DNA of 64,000 bases from an uncultured bacterium (GTDB taxonomy: Bacteria; Hydrothermota; UBA3073; NMUJ01; CBEVQO01), in assembly GCA_965552055.1 (NCBI GenBank), contig CBEVQO010000005.1, positions 79,597-143,596 of the forward strand. Reading direction: 5' to 3'. Shown here piece by piece: positions 45,537 to 54,850 of the stretch (position 1 is the stretch's first letter; each line of letters opens with the position of its first letter). The notes beneath the pieces were generated by a model that had not been told where the DNA came from, ran no database searches, and saw only the letters and a program-made list of their open reading frames with translations. The translations under genes were made by a program, and so were the position numbers.

Positions 45537-45924
45537 ATTTTTAGCCCCGCCTCCCTATCCCCACCGCCCTCGTGCACACCCCTCGCTACCAAAAGGCATT
45601 GTCTTGACCACTCACGCTCTTTAAAATGCCCTACCCGTAATAAAGCAAGTTCGCAACCGAAACCTCAATCACATCAAAAACTGCACTACTGCACTCTATA
45701 ACCTCTCCCCATAATGAGTGTAGTATCGCACCTAAATCGGCTCCCGCTTTCATTACCACTACCCTTAAAAATCTCCATTTCTGCTCCCAAAATGCAGTTC
45801 AGCTCTCACCGCTCGGGGTGTTGACTCACAACCCATATGTAATGTGCTCGCTTACGCTCGCATTAAAAATTTTACAGGTTAACCTGATACTGATGTGGCT
45901 TCTTACCTCCTGTGAAATAATTTG
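45537..45924 (+). repeat. GC-rich intergenic repeat R3
   Basis: TTAGCCCCGCCTCCCTATCCCCACCGCCCTCGTGCACACCCCTCGC..., CCCGTAATAAAG, GCTCGGGGTGTTGAC, and CTCGCTTACGCTCGCATTAAAAATTTT shared with R2. Confidence 0.7.
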
Positions 45925-45951
45925 TTGACAGAGGAAAATGTTAATTATAAT
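45925..45951 (+). promoter_or_regulatory. Promoter-like TTGACA-N15-TATAAT followed by an AAAGGAGGG ribosome-binding site
   Basis: Same architecture as at 19132, 34247, 22888, 50355, 38395 and 41695. Confidence 0.5.
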
Positions 45952-45968
45952 ATGCAAAAGGAGGGAGT

Positions 45969-47966
45969 GTGAGGCATGTTGCTTTATTATTCATCATTTT
46001 TACAGGGACGGCTTTCGCAAAGGTATGGGTTGTTGATACCACAGGTGCAGAGGGCAAAAAGCTACAATCTGCAATTGACTCCGCATGGCAAGACCCGGGG
46101 ATTGATACTGTGCTGGTAAAGGATGGAACCTATCATCTATTTATAAATGACACTATGGGCTTGATAATGCATGATTCTGTGGTGCTCATGAGTGAAAACG
46201 GAGCTGAAAAATGCACATTAACAGCTGTATCAGAGGATGGCACAGATACCGCATGGCATGTCATCTATTGCAGTGGATGGGATACTGCATCGCACGCAGC
46301 ACTTATAAAGGGCTTCACCATAAAAGATGGCAATGCAACGGGTCCTTCTTCTCACACTTGGGGAGGCGGAATCTACATTTATTCTGCGTCACCCACAATA
46401 GATTCATGTATAATCACAAACAATTCTGCTAGTGGCGGTGGAGGAATTTTCATTTATTACTATTCTTCCCCCGCATTATTAGGCAATACAATTACAAACA
46501 ATTATGCTGATGCTGGTAGCGGAATTTTTATCTGGTGCCATTCTTCTCCCACAGTATCAGGCAATACAATTGCAAACAATCATGCTTATTATGGCGGCGG
46601 AATTTTCATATCTGATTATTCTTCCCCTACAGTGTCAGGTAATACAATTACAAATAATTATGTTAATAACTATGGCGGCGGGATTTTCATAACAGACTAT
46701 TCTTCACCCTTATTATCATGCAACACAATTATAAACAATCATGCTGATGATGGCGGTGGAATTTACATTTCCTTTTCTTCTTTTCCCATATTAACAGGAA
46801 ATACAATCACAAACAATCGTGCTTTTGTTAACGGTGGAGGTGTTTTAATTGAACTTCGTTCCTCACCCACATTATTATACAATGCTATTACAGATAATCT
46901 TGCTTCATATGGTAGCGGAATTTTCATTACAAATTATTCTTCCGTAAAGATAACAAAATGCGTAATCGGAATGAACAAAAGCAATTATGGTGGTGCAATA
47001 TATGACACACTTCATTCAAAAATTATAATCGACAGTTCGTTCATTGTGGATAATGTAGGTCTCGCTTATATTGCATCTGATGCAGATTCAGGAGTGACAT
47101 TCAAACTAACATACAGCCATATATATTATAACACTTTACAGCAAGATACCGAAATCAAAAATTTTTCGGGTGTAACTATAAATCTTGAAAATAATTTCTG
47201 GTGGGACACAACAGATGCAGAAATATCTGCAAAAATATCGGGTGCAAATGACCATACCCCGTGGTTCAGCCACTTTATACCGGGTGTGCCGGGTGAACCC
47301 GTTAGCATTGACTCTTTTAAAAATTACGATAAAGATTTCTCACAAGTTATTGACTCACTTGGCAAAGAAGATACACTTTACATAAGGATTTACGGACAGG
47401 ATAGGGATGCACATATACATGAAATCGCAGTGGTAATAATAAAATCGAGTGTTTATCCACAGGGAATAGCAGTTGGGCTCGTTGAAACAGATACAAATTC
47501 AGGAATATATGAAGGCAAAGCTTATGTTCTGGAAAGCACAGGAAATGACGATATAAGGGATGACGATATAAATCAAATTATCCGTGTTAATCCAGATGGA
47601 GACGATATTTTCATCATCAGCAATATTGAGCCACAGAAAAAATTTTATGTTAAATATAAAAAAGGTGCTGGGATAAAAGAAATTTCAGTAGAAAAATTCA
47701 AAGTAAGCAATATGCCAAATCCATTCAGCAAATTCACAAAGATTAAATATCAATTGCCAGAAGAAGAAAAAGTAAGGATTGAAATAATAGATGTAACAGG
47801 AAGATTGATAAAAGTATTGGTTAATGAAAAGAAATCACCGGGATTTCATTCTGTAACATGGAAAGGTGAAGACGCCAGAGGCAAAACTGTTCCACCTGGA
47901 ATCTACTTCTATCTCATAAAAGCAGGCAAAAACAAAGCAATAAAGAAAATGATAAAATTGAAATAA
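45969..47966 (+). CDS. Secreted right-handed parallel beta-helix repeat protein with C-terminal T9SS sorting domain
   Basis: Signal peptide (AFA|K). ~9 tandem 22-aa units SSPT(V/L)SGNTITNN(Y/H)A..GGGIFI, which are pectate-lyase-like PbH1 repeats. C-terminal NMPNPFSKFTKIKY...GIYFYLIKAGKNKAIKKMIKLK matches the T9SS type-A C-terminal domain. Confidence 0.75.
   Translation: MRHVALLFIIFTGTAFAKVWVVDTTGAEGKKLQSAIDSAWQDPGIDTVLVKDGTYHLFINDTMGLIMHDSVVLMSENGAEKCTLTAVSEDGTDTAWHVIYCSGWDTASHAALIKGFTIKDGNATGPSSHTWGGGIYIYSASPTIDSCIITNNSASGGGGIFIYYYSSPALLGNTITNNYADAGSGIFIWCHSSPTVSGNTIANNHAYYGGGIFISDYSSPTVSGNTITNNYVNNYGGGIFITDYSSPLLSCNTIINNHADDGGGIYISFSSFPILTGNTITNNRAFVNGGGVLIELRSSPTLLYNAITDNLASYGSGIFITNYSSVKITKCVIGMNKSNYGGAIYDTLHSKIIIDSSFIVDNVGLAYIASDADSGVTFKLTYSHIYYNTLQQDTEIKNFSGVTINLENNFWWDTTDAEISAKISGANDHTPWFSHFIPGVPGEPVSIDSFKNYDKDFSQVIDSLGKEDTLYIRIYGQDRDAHIHEIAVVIIKSSVYPQGIAVGLVETDTNSGIYEGKAYVLESTGNDDIRDDDINQIIRVNPDGDDIFIISNIEPQKKFYVKYKKGAGIKEISVEKFKVSNMPNPFSKFTKIKYQLPEEEKVRIEIIDVTGRLIKVLVNEKKSPGFHSVTWKGEDARGKTVPPGIYFYLIKAGKNKAIKKMIKLK
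46380..46900 (+). repeat. In-frame 66-bp tandem DNA repeats (~8 units) encoding the beta-helix rungs
   Basis: Direct nucleotide-level periodicity, for example ...aatcatgcttattatggcggcggaattttcatatctgattattcttcccctacagtgtcaggtaatacaattacaaat... Confidence 0.7.
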
Positions 47967-47996
47967 AGTTGATTATAATATGAAAAAGGGGGGAGT

Positions 47997-48695
47997 ATGT
48001 GCAAATGCTTGATTATTGCTTTAATATTTGGATTGCACGAAGGAGAATTTGGTGGGGGTGTAGGTTTTATTAAAGGTTATTATTTCATGTCTGGAATCAC
48101 CGGTTTTATGAGAGGACTCTCACCAATGTGGGAAAATATATTTGAAGGTGAAAATATAAGTCCGATTCTCTCCATAACTGGCATTAAGGGTTATGTTTAT
48201 ATAAAACATAGGTTCAAGTTGGGAATAATGGCTAACAAAGGTCTAACAAGGGCAAGCGTTGCGTTTGATACTCTCTATTACTCGTGCTTATTTTCGATTG
48301 ATTATTGGACATTCTTAATGGAATATTCCCCTGTGAGACAAGTTGGTTTCGAGATGATATTTAATATAGGGCTCGGCACAGGCAATGCTACCTTGAATTT
48401 ATTAAAAATAAGGCGATTACCATGTTGGGAGGAAATATGTGAAAATGAAGAAGACGGATGGGGCTCTTCTGAACTCTACGCAGATTTTGGAAATCTTACA
48501 TTGGGAATCGAATTGTTATTCCCAATAATCTCATGCTTTAAAATAGGTTTAGGAGGGGGCTTAATTTACAGTAAAATACCATTCGGCAGTTGGTACTTAC
48601 ATCGAAGAGGATATCGTGTTCCTGATTCTAAAGGAGTTAATCTCGAAGGATTCACTTTTACAATTACAATTGCATTTGATAGACGCAATTTTTAA
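47997..48695 (+). CDS. Hypothetical outer-membrane beta-barrel-like protein
   Basis: Amphipathic strand pattern and a C-terminal ...TFTITIAFDRRNF ending in Phe. AAGGGGGG ribosome-binding site. Confidence 0.4.
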   Translation: MCKCLIIALIFGLHEGEFGGGVGFIKGYYFMSGITGFMRGLSPMWENIFEGENISPILSITGIKGYVYIKHRFKLGIMANKGLTRASVAFDTLYYSCLFSIDYWTFLMEYSPVRQVGFEMIFNIGLGTGNATLNLLKIRRLPCWEEICENEEDGWGSSELYADFGNLTLGIELLFPIISCFKIGLGGGLIYSKIPFGSWYLHRRGYRVPDSKGVNLEGFTFTITIAFDRRNF

Positions 48696-48697
48696 TT

Positions 48698-50350
48698 ATG
48701 AATAAATTGCGTAAAATTTTGAATGAGATTGATGGAAAAGGTTATGGTGCTTACAAGCGCCTTTATGGAGAATATAATTTTGGCAAATATACTCTTGAAA
48801 TTACAAAAGTTCAGCCCGACCCCTATGCTCCACCATCTCGCGCAATTATAAAAATACCACAAAAAATAGCAAGATTCCCAAAAGAGGCATATTCAAATCT
48901 TTCGAGAAAAACAGCGTTGATAGATTTTCTGACAAGATTATTTGCTAAAAATATAAAAAATCCAGATATTAAATGTGCGAGGTGCGGACAGGAGATACTT
49001 TTGAGGTCATCAGTTGAAATCACGGATAATTTTTTAAAATTTAAGTTAAAAATTGAATTGCCAGCAGCAGGAAGGAGAATCCTCGGAGATAAGGCATACA
49101 AAATATTTTTTAAAGATTTGCCACAGATTGTTGAAAAAACTTTAATTTATGATAATATTCCAAAAAATGAGTTGTGGAGACATATTGAGATTTGTGAAGA
49201 CCAGGATTTTCTGCGTGAAAAATTAAAAGAAGAAGGTCTAATTGCATTTGTGAGAGAAGGCGCTGTCCTTCCCCGTAAATCAGGCGTTGACCCGCGTCCC
49301 CTTCCAAATGCAGTAAAATTCATCTCCCCCGATAGTTTAAGAAAAAAGTTTATTTTAAAATCTGGAAGGGAAATTGAAGGCATGGCAATAAAAGAAGGAA
49401 TAACAATAATTTGTGGTGGTGGATTTCATGGTAAATCAACGCTCTTAGAGGCGCTGCAATTCGGGGTTTACAACCATATAGAAGGTGATGGAAGAGAATT
49501 TGTCATAACAAGGGAAGATGCAGTAAAAATAAGGGCAGAAGATGGAAGATACATAGAAAAAGTTGATATATCACCTTTTATTTCGGAGTTGCCCTATGGT
49601 AAAGATACATTGCACTTTTCAACAGAGGATGCGAGTGGCTCAACTTCTCAGGCAGCAAACATAATGGAAGCGCTTGAGATGGGCTCAAAACTTTTACTTA
49701 TAGATGAAGATACAACAGCAACAAATCTCATGATACGGGATAGAAGGATGCAAAAAGTTGTAATGAAGGAAAAAGAACCAATAACTCCTTTCATAGACAG
49801 GATAAGGGAATTGTGGGAAAGATTTAAAATCTCAGTTATAATGATAACAGGCGGGCTTGGAGATTATTTTGAAGTTGCAGATTATATAATACAGATGGAA
49901 AATTATCTTCCACATGATATAACCCAAAAAGCAAAAGAAGTTGTGAATGACTTTCCATCCGGAAGGAGTGTAGAAGTGAAAAAAGAATTTCATCTACCTC
50001 AACCCCGCAGAATAGTTAGAAATTCGGTTGACCCGAGAAAAGGTAAAAAGATAAAAATTGACGCAAAAGGAATAGATACTCTGGTTTTTGGCAGGTATCA
50101 AATAGATTTATCATGTGTGGAACAGATTGCAGATGTATCGCAGGTGAAAACCATTGGCGAAATAATTTATTATGCAGTAAAGAAATATGGAAATCTTACA
50201 ATAAGGGAGATGATAGAAAGGTCTATCTCCGATACGATAAGGGAAGATTTTAAGAATTTAAGGTCAAAGGATTCGTGTGACTATGCCTTACCACGCAAAT
50301 ACGAAGTAGCATCAGCCCTTAATCGCTTAAGAACATTAAAAGTGATATAA
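48698..50350 (+). CDS. Predicted ATPase of the ABC class (COG3044 / ABC_ATPase family)
   Basis: Walker A GGGFHGKST, Walker B LLLIDEDTT, and the family-typical N-terminal region (YGAYKRLYGEY...PDPYAPPSR). Confidence 0.75.
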   Translation: MNKLRKILNEIDGKGYGAYKRLYGEYNFGKYTLEITKVQPDPYAPPSRAIIKIPQKIARFPKEAYSNLSRKTALIDFLTRLFAKNIKNPDIKCARCGQEILLRSSVEITDNFLKFKLKIELPAAGRRILGDKAYKIFFKDLPQIVEKTLIYDNIPKNELWRHIEICEDQDFLREKLKEEGLIAFVREGAVLPRKSGVDPRPLPNAVKFISPDSLRKKFILKSGREIEGMAIKEGITIICGGGFHGKSTLLEALQFGVYNHIEGDGREFVITREDAVKIRAEDGRYIEKVDISPFISELPYGKDTLHFSTEDASGSTSQAANIMEALEMGSKLLLIDEDTTATNLMIRDRRMQKVVMKEKEPITPFIDRIRELWERFKISVIMITGGLGDYFEVADYIIQMENYLPHDITQKAKEVVNDFPSGRSVEVKKEFHLPQPRRIVRNSVDPRKGKKIKIDAKGIDTLVFGRYQIDLSCVEQIADVSQVKTIGEIIYYAVKKYGNLTIREMIERSISDTIREDFKNLRSKDSCDYALPRKYEVASALNRLRTLKVI

Positions 50351-50354
50351 ATTG

Positions 50355-50381
50355 TTGACAAAATCAAATAAGAATTAAAAT
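50355..50381 (+). promoter_or_regulatory. Promoter-like TTGACA-N15-TAAAAT with the ATG 6 nt downstream (possible leaderless)
   Basis: TTGACA at 50355-50360 and TAAAAT at 50376-50381. ATG at 50387. Confidence 0.4.
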
Positions 50382-50383
50382 TT

Positions 50384-51454
50384 TTGATGTCGATTTATGA
50401 GGCAGAGATAAGAAGGGGGATTTTCCATGAAGATTTTCTTACTTCGAAAGTTTTCGGTATCTTCAACATTGTAAACAAAAAAATTTTGCTTTATAATTTT
50501 TTAAGGTTTCTCGGGATAAATGTTCCGCAAAAGGATTGTGATAGGTTAAAAATAACTTTCTGGCGATTAGAAGGTAAAAGGGTGCCCGATGTTATTATCT
50601 CAAATGATAGGATTTTGCTTTACATTGAAGCGAAACTGCATTCTATATCGGAACAGCAATTGATAGAAGAATACAAAGACGGTGTTTTGAAATCGCACAA
50701 ATTCAAACTAATTGTGATAACTCCGGATATTGTATTACCCGAAGAAATTAAAAAAGTTTTTATGAATTTAAAAGCTACTCGCAAAATAGTTAACATTCAA
50801 TGGCTTTCCTGGCGCAAATTAAATAAATTTTTAAAAAAAGAAGCGAGCAGAGTTGATTACAATGATACCGAGCGAAAATTGTTAAAAGAAACTGTGAGAT
50901 TGCTTGACGGACTTGGATTTGGCGAATTTAAAGGTTTTAATGTAAAAATCGATAAATTAAAGTTTGATGATTTTCTCACATTACTTTCTGATTTTTCGCA
51001 TCTATGTAAAGATGTTGCAGAAAATCTCGATATTGATATTTTGACTCAAATTTCAAAGTCAAGAGAATCGAAGTCAATAAATTTACCAGAAGAATGGTTG
51101 CCACATACATTTACGGTTTATCTTTCAAAAGATAAAAGCAATAAAAATGCACTTTTTCTGGAATTATGTTTAAAAACTCCTATCTGCATAAATTATGGAG
51201 TTGAAATAAAGGAAGATGAAATTGAATTTGAATGTGTTCGTAAGTTTTTTGATTTGAAAAGATTTAGAGCAAGTTTTTTATCACAGGGAATAGAACTTGA
51301 TTGCAATTCAGAAGAGGAATTTAGAAATGCTTTATTTTCCGAAACAAAGGGTGTGCGTTTTTTAAGGACATTTTTTGTAAATGATTTGAATGATAAAGAT
51401 TATTTCAATTTGATGATTTCAGATTTATCACAACTGCGTGATTTATTATGGTGA
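50384..51454 (+). CDS. PD-(D/E)xK nuclease-superfamily-like hypothetical protein
   Basis: N-terminal YEAE, then GKRVPDVIISNDRILLYIEAKL (hPD...14 aa...ExK) as in the restriction-endonuclease-like fold. The ATG start is probably 50387. Confidence 0.5.
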   Translation: MMSIYEAEIRRGIFHEDFLTSKVFGIFNIVNKKILLYNFLRFLGINVPQKDCDRLKITFWRLEGKRVPDVIISNDRILLYIEAKLHSISEQQLIEEYKDGVLKSHKFKLIVITPDIVLPEEIKKVFMNLKATRKIVNIQWLSWRKLNKFLKKEASRVDYNDTERKLLKETVRLLDGLGFGEFKGFNVKIDKLKFDDFLTLLSDFSHLCKDVAENLDIDILTQISKSRESKSINLPEEWLPHTFTVYLSKDKSNKNALFLELCLKTPICINYGVEIKEDEIEFECVRKFFDLKRFRASFLSQGIELDCNSEEEFRNALFSETKGVRFLRTFFVNDLNDKDYFNLMISDLSQLRDLLW

Positions 51455-52533
51455 AAGTGCTGATGATATGCGACCCTTATCCCAATGATGTGAAACCAAT
51501 AGTTCAGGTTTATTTGAAGGAGCATGTAGAGATGGCAAAAAGGATAGCAGAAGTGAGATTGCTTGCATTAAATAGATTTCATTTTTTATTAGATAATTTT
51601 GTGAGATTCAAATACAAGGGTGAAAAAATTGAAGTTTATTTTACACAATTTGATAAGTTTTTAAGTTACATTTTGTATTATGTTATAAGTATAATGCTTT
51701 ATCTTTTGTATTTTCGCAAATTTTCACCTCATCTTTTGCATGCACACGATGTTTTTCCAGCAGGTTTCCTTGCTTATCTTTTAGCGAAAATTTTTAAGAA
51801 AAAATATATAATAACAGTACATTCAACCCATCTGATAACCGATAGAATAAATCCACTGAAAAGATTTCTTTTCAGAAGAATATTCGAGAATGCAAAAAAA
51901 GTAATTTTTGTGAGTAACTATTGTAAGAAAGAAATAGGAAAAAGATTGAATTTGAGTTGTTTTAACTGCATCAGTATTCCAAATCCGGTAGGATTGGTGT
52001 CTATACCGCATCATGAATCGAATAATGTGATTTTTGTTGGTAGTATTACAAGAAGAAAAGGAGTCCATAATTTAGTAGAAGCATTTGCTTCTTTAGATAC
52101 CGAAGATAATCTTATTTTAATTGGAGATGGTGATATGAGGGAAGAAATAGAAAAAAAGATACATGATAGAGGTATAAAAAATGTAGTGATGAAAGGTATG
52201 CTTCAGCCTTACGAAGTATTTAGAGAAATGGCGCGATGTAAATTTCTTATCTTACCGAGTGAAATAGAGACATTTGGCAAGGTTTTAATCGAAGCTATGT
52301 CTCTTGGGAAACCGGTTATTGCTACAAAATGTGGCGGACCAGAAGAGATAGTTAAGCCTTTTTGCGGGATACTCATCCCAAAAGGAGATGTTAAAGCACT
52401 CAAAGAAGCGATAGAATATATGTTGAAAAACTACAGAAAATACGATTCTGAAAAGATAAAAAAATATGTGGAGGAAAATTTCTCAATAGAAGCAGTAGCA
52501 AAAAAATTAAAGGAGGTGTATTATGAAGCGTGA
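51448..52533 (+). CDS. Glycosyltransferase family 4 (GT-B)
   Basis: FVGSITRRKGVHNLVEAF and the ETFGKVLIEAMSLGKPVIAT EX7E-type C-terminal motif. Confidence 0.8.
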   Translation: MVKVLMICDPYPNDVKPIVQVYLKEHVEMAKRIAEVRLLALNRFHFLLDNFVRFKYKGEKIEVYFTQFDKFLSYILYYVISIMLYLLYFRKFSPHLLHAHDVFPAGFLAYLLAKIFKKKYIITVHSTHLITDRINPLKRFLFRRIFENAKKVIFVSNYCKKEIGKRLNLSCFNCISIPNPVGLVSIPHHESNNVIFVGSITRRKGVHNLVEAFASLDTEDNLILIGDGDMREEIEKKIHDRGIKNVVMKGMLQPYEVFREMARCKFLILPSEIETFGKVLIEAMSLGKPVIATKCGGPEEIVKPFCGILIPKGDVKALKEAIEYMLKNYRKYDSEKIKKYVEENFSIEAVAKKLKEVYYEA

Positions 52534-54850
52534 TAAAATTTATATTGCGGTATTATTTTTGTTATCTCTTTTATATTTCGGACGATTTTTAACGGGAAAA
52601 TACATGATACATGGTTCCGATTATCTTCTGGAGGGTTATGTTTTTCATAACTGGATTGCGGAAGAGATGCGTAAAGGCGTTGTTCCTCACTGGTGTCCTT
52701 ATATTTTTGGTGGATTACCACTTGGTTCGCATTTAACATTTATCAGGATTATCTATTTGATATTTCCTGTGCATATTGCTTGGAATTGGCTTTTTATGCT
52801 ATCCATGTTCTTTGCGGGTTTGGGTGTTTTTCTTCTTTTAAAGCAGATGAAGGTATCATCGGAAGTTTCCTTTTTATCTGCTCTTATTTATATGAGCTCG
52901 GGATGTGTTCTTTCTGTTACTTATCCCGGGCATGATGGAAAAGCTTATGCTGCTGCTTTTTTGCCTTTTATATTCCTGTTTTTATATAGAGGCATTAAAA
53001 AAGTCAATTTGTGGGATTTTTTGATTTTCGGCGGACTTTATGGACTTTCCGCTGTTCACTCTCATTTTCAAATAATTTATTTCTTTGCTTATTTTTGCCT
53101 TTCTTATTATATTTATGCATTTATTTTATCGAGACAAAAAAAGAAATTATTACTTTATGGCATTTTGGGAGCTCTTCTTGTTGTTTTCCTAGCTGCTCAT
53201 AAATTTTTACCGACTTTCAGGCATTTAAAATGGGGTGCAAGAGGTGCATTTGAAAGAGGATATGAGTTTGCAACATCATGGGCAATACCAGTAAACGAGC
53301 TTTTAAATCTCATAACTCCACACTTCTCAGGGATACTCGATAATTACTGGGGATACAACTATTTCAGATTAAATACTTTTTATCTCGGAATACTGGCAAT
53401 CCTTTTGTTTTTCCTGTCCTTTAAATTTTATAAAAAGACGAAATTTTTCCTGATAGCAGCTATTGTTACACTTTTGCTCTCTTTAGGAGGGAACACTCCT
53501 CTTTACAAATTGGTTTATTATGGACTACCGGGTGCTAAAAAATTGAGAGCACCTTCTATGTTTTTCTACATCACAAATTTAAATCTTGCTATAATAAGTG
53601 GATTGGTAATGCAGGAGATTTTGAATATTAAAAATGAAAAGGAAAAAAGAAGAACACTTAATCTGATATTTGTCTTTACGGGTATTATTTTCCTTTTGTT
53701 GTTAATTTTTGGTGCTTTTAAACATGTGATGCTTCCAGCCCTTAAAGATTATTTTACCACGCGTTTAATAAGTATGTGGGGTGCTACGGGTGATGCGAAA
53801 ATAGCGCGCTTCATAGCTAACTATCCAAATTTCGTAAAGGGACTCACTTTTGCATTTATCATTACGGTAATTTATACTTTTATAATGTGGCTTATTTTGC
53901 GAAAAAAATTGGATTATAAATTTTTAATCTATACACTTTGTTTTGTCACTTTAGTAGATGAATGGCTAATTTGCAAGAAATTCTTACAGAAAGCTCCACA
54001 TCCATCGGAATATTTTAGAAAAGATGAAGTTGTGCAATTTTTATCTTATGATAAGAGTATTTTCAGAGTATTTCCTCTTCATTACGAACATGCAAGAGAT
54101 GAATATTTAATGTATCATGGGATACAGTCACTGGGAGGTTACACTGCAAATCCCTATTACCGCTATCAGCTGCTAATAGGTGCAGGAAAAAGTGTTATGT
54201 TTAATCCGGTGAATTTAATACAATATCCACATTTGCTTAATATTTTAAACACAAAGTACATAATAGCATACAGTATGCCGGAGACCACAAAAGTTGATAA
54301 AAGATATAGAAAACAGGTAGCTATGTGGAAAAATTATCTTAAGAATTTCAAAGAAGCATATAGATTGAGGACAAGACCTTTTGTAATTTACCTTAATGAG
54401 AAAAGATTCGAAAGAGCATTCCTGTGTCCAGATTATGTTGTTGTTTCGGAAGATAGTGCATTGAAACTTATGTTGAATCCAGATTTCAATCTTAAAAGAT
54501 ATGTAATACTTGAGGAAGATGTGGATTTTGAACATAATGATAGAGTAGAAGGCGAAGTTCAAATTTTAAGATATTCAGCTAATGAAGTTGAACTGAGAGT
54601 GAAGACAGATAAAGAATGTTTCCTTGTGCTAACCGATAACTATCATCCTATATGGGAATGTGAGGTGGATGGTGTTCCTGCAAAGATTTATCTTGCTGAT
54701 TTCGCTTTTAGAGCCGTTAGAGTGCCTGCAGGTGAGCATACGGTAAAATTCAGGTGCAAATCTCCAGATAAACCTTTGCATAGATTAATGTTTATACTTG
54801 GGTTAATTGCTTTTGCTTTTGCAGTTTATAAAAAGAGAAAAGAAAAATGA
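52523..54850 (+). CDS. YfhO-like polytopic membrane protein (glycosylation-associated), with large N-terminal TM domain, extracytoplasmic domain and terminal TM helix
   Basis: ~13 TM helices in the first 460 aa, a soluble ~280-aa domain, and a C-terminal TM (LMFILGLIAFAFAVY). Overlaps the GT4 gene. Confidence 0.5.
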   Translation: MKRDKIYIAVLFLLSLLYFGRFLTGKYMIHGSDYLLEGYVFHNWIAEEMRKGVVPHWCPYIFGGLPLGSHLTFIRIIYLIFPVHIAWNWLFMLSMFFAGLGVFLLLKQMKVSSEVSFLSALIYMSSGCVLSVTYPGHDGKAYAAAFLPFIFLFLYRGIKKVNLWDFLIFGGLYGLSAVHSHFQIIYFFAYFCLSYYIYAFILSRQKKKLLLYGILGALLVVFLAAHKFLPTFRHLKWGARGAFERGYEFATSWAIPVNELLNLITPHFSGILDNYWGYNYFRLNTFYLGILAILLFFLSFKFYKKTKFFLIAAIVTLLLSLGGNTPLYKLVYYGLPGAKKLRAPSMFFYITNLNLAIISGLVMQEILNIKNEKEKRRTLNLIFVFTGIIFLLLLIFGAFKHVMLPALKDYFTTRLISMWGATGDAKIARFIANYPNFVKGLTFAFIITVIYTFIMWLILRKKLDYKFLIYTLCFVTLVDEWLICKKFLQKAPHPSEYFRKDEVVQFLSYDKSIFRVFPLHYEHARDEYLMYHGIQSLGGYTANPYYRYQLLIGAGKSVMFNPVNLIQYPHLLNILNTKYIIAYSMPETTKVDKRYRKQVAMWKNYLKNFKEAYRLRTRPFVIYLNEKRFERAFLCPDYVVVSEDSALKLMLNPDFNLKRYVILEEDVDFEHNDRVEGEVQILRYSANEVELRVKTDKECFLVLTDNYHPIWECEVDGVPAKIYLADFAFRAVRVPAGEHTVKFRCKSPDKPLHRLMFILGLIAFAFAVYKKRKEK

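Noticed and set aside
46380-46900. Possible CRISPR array suggested by regularly spaced direct repeats
   Set aside because: The period is 66 bp with no unique spacers. The repeats are in frame within a long CDS and encode beta-helix rungs. There are no cas genes in the window.
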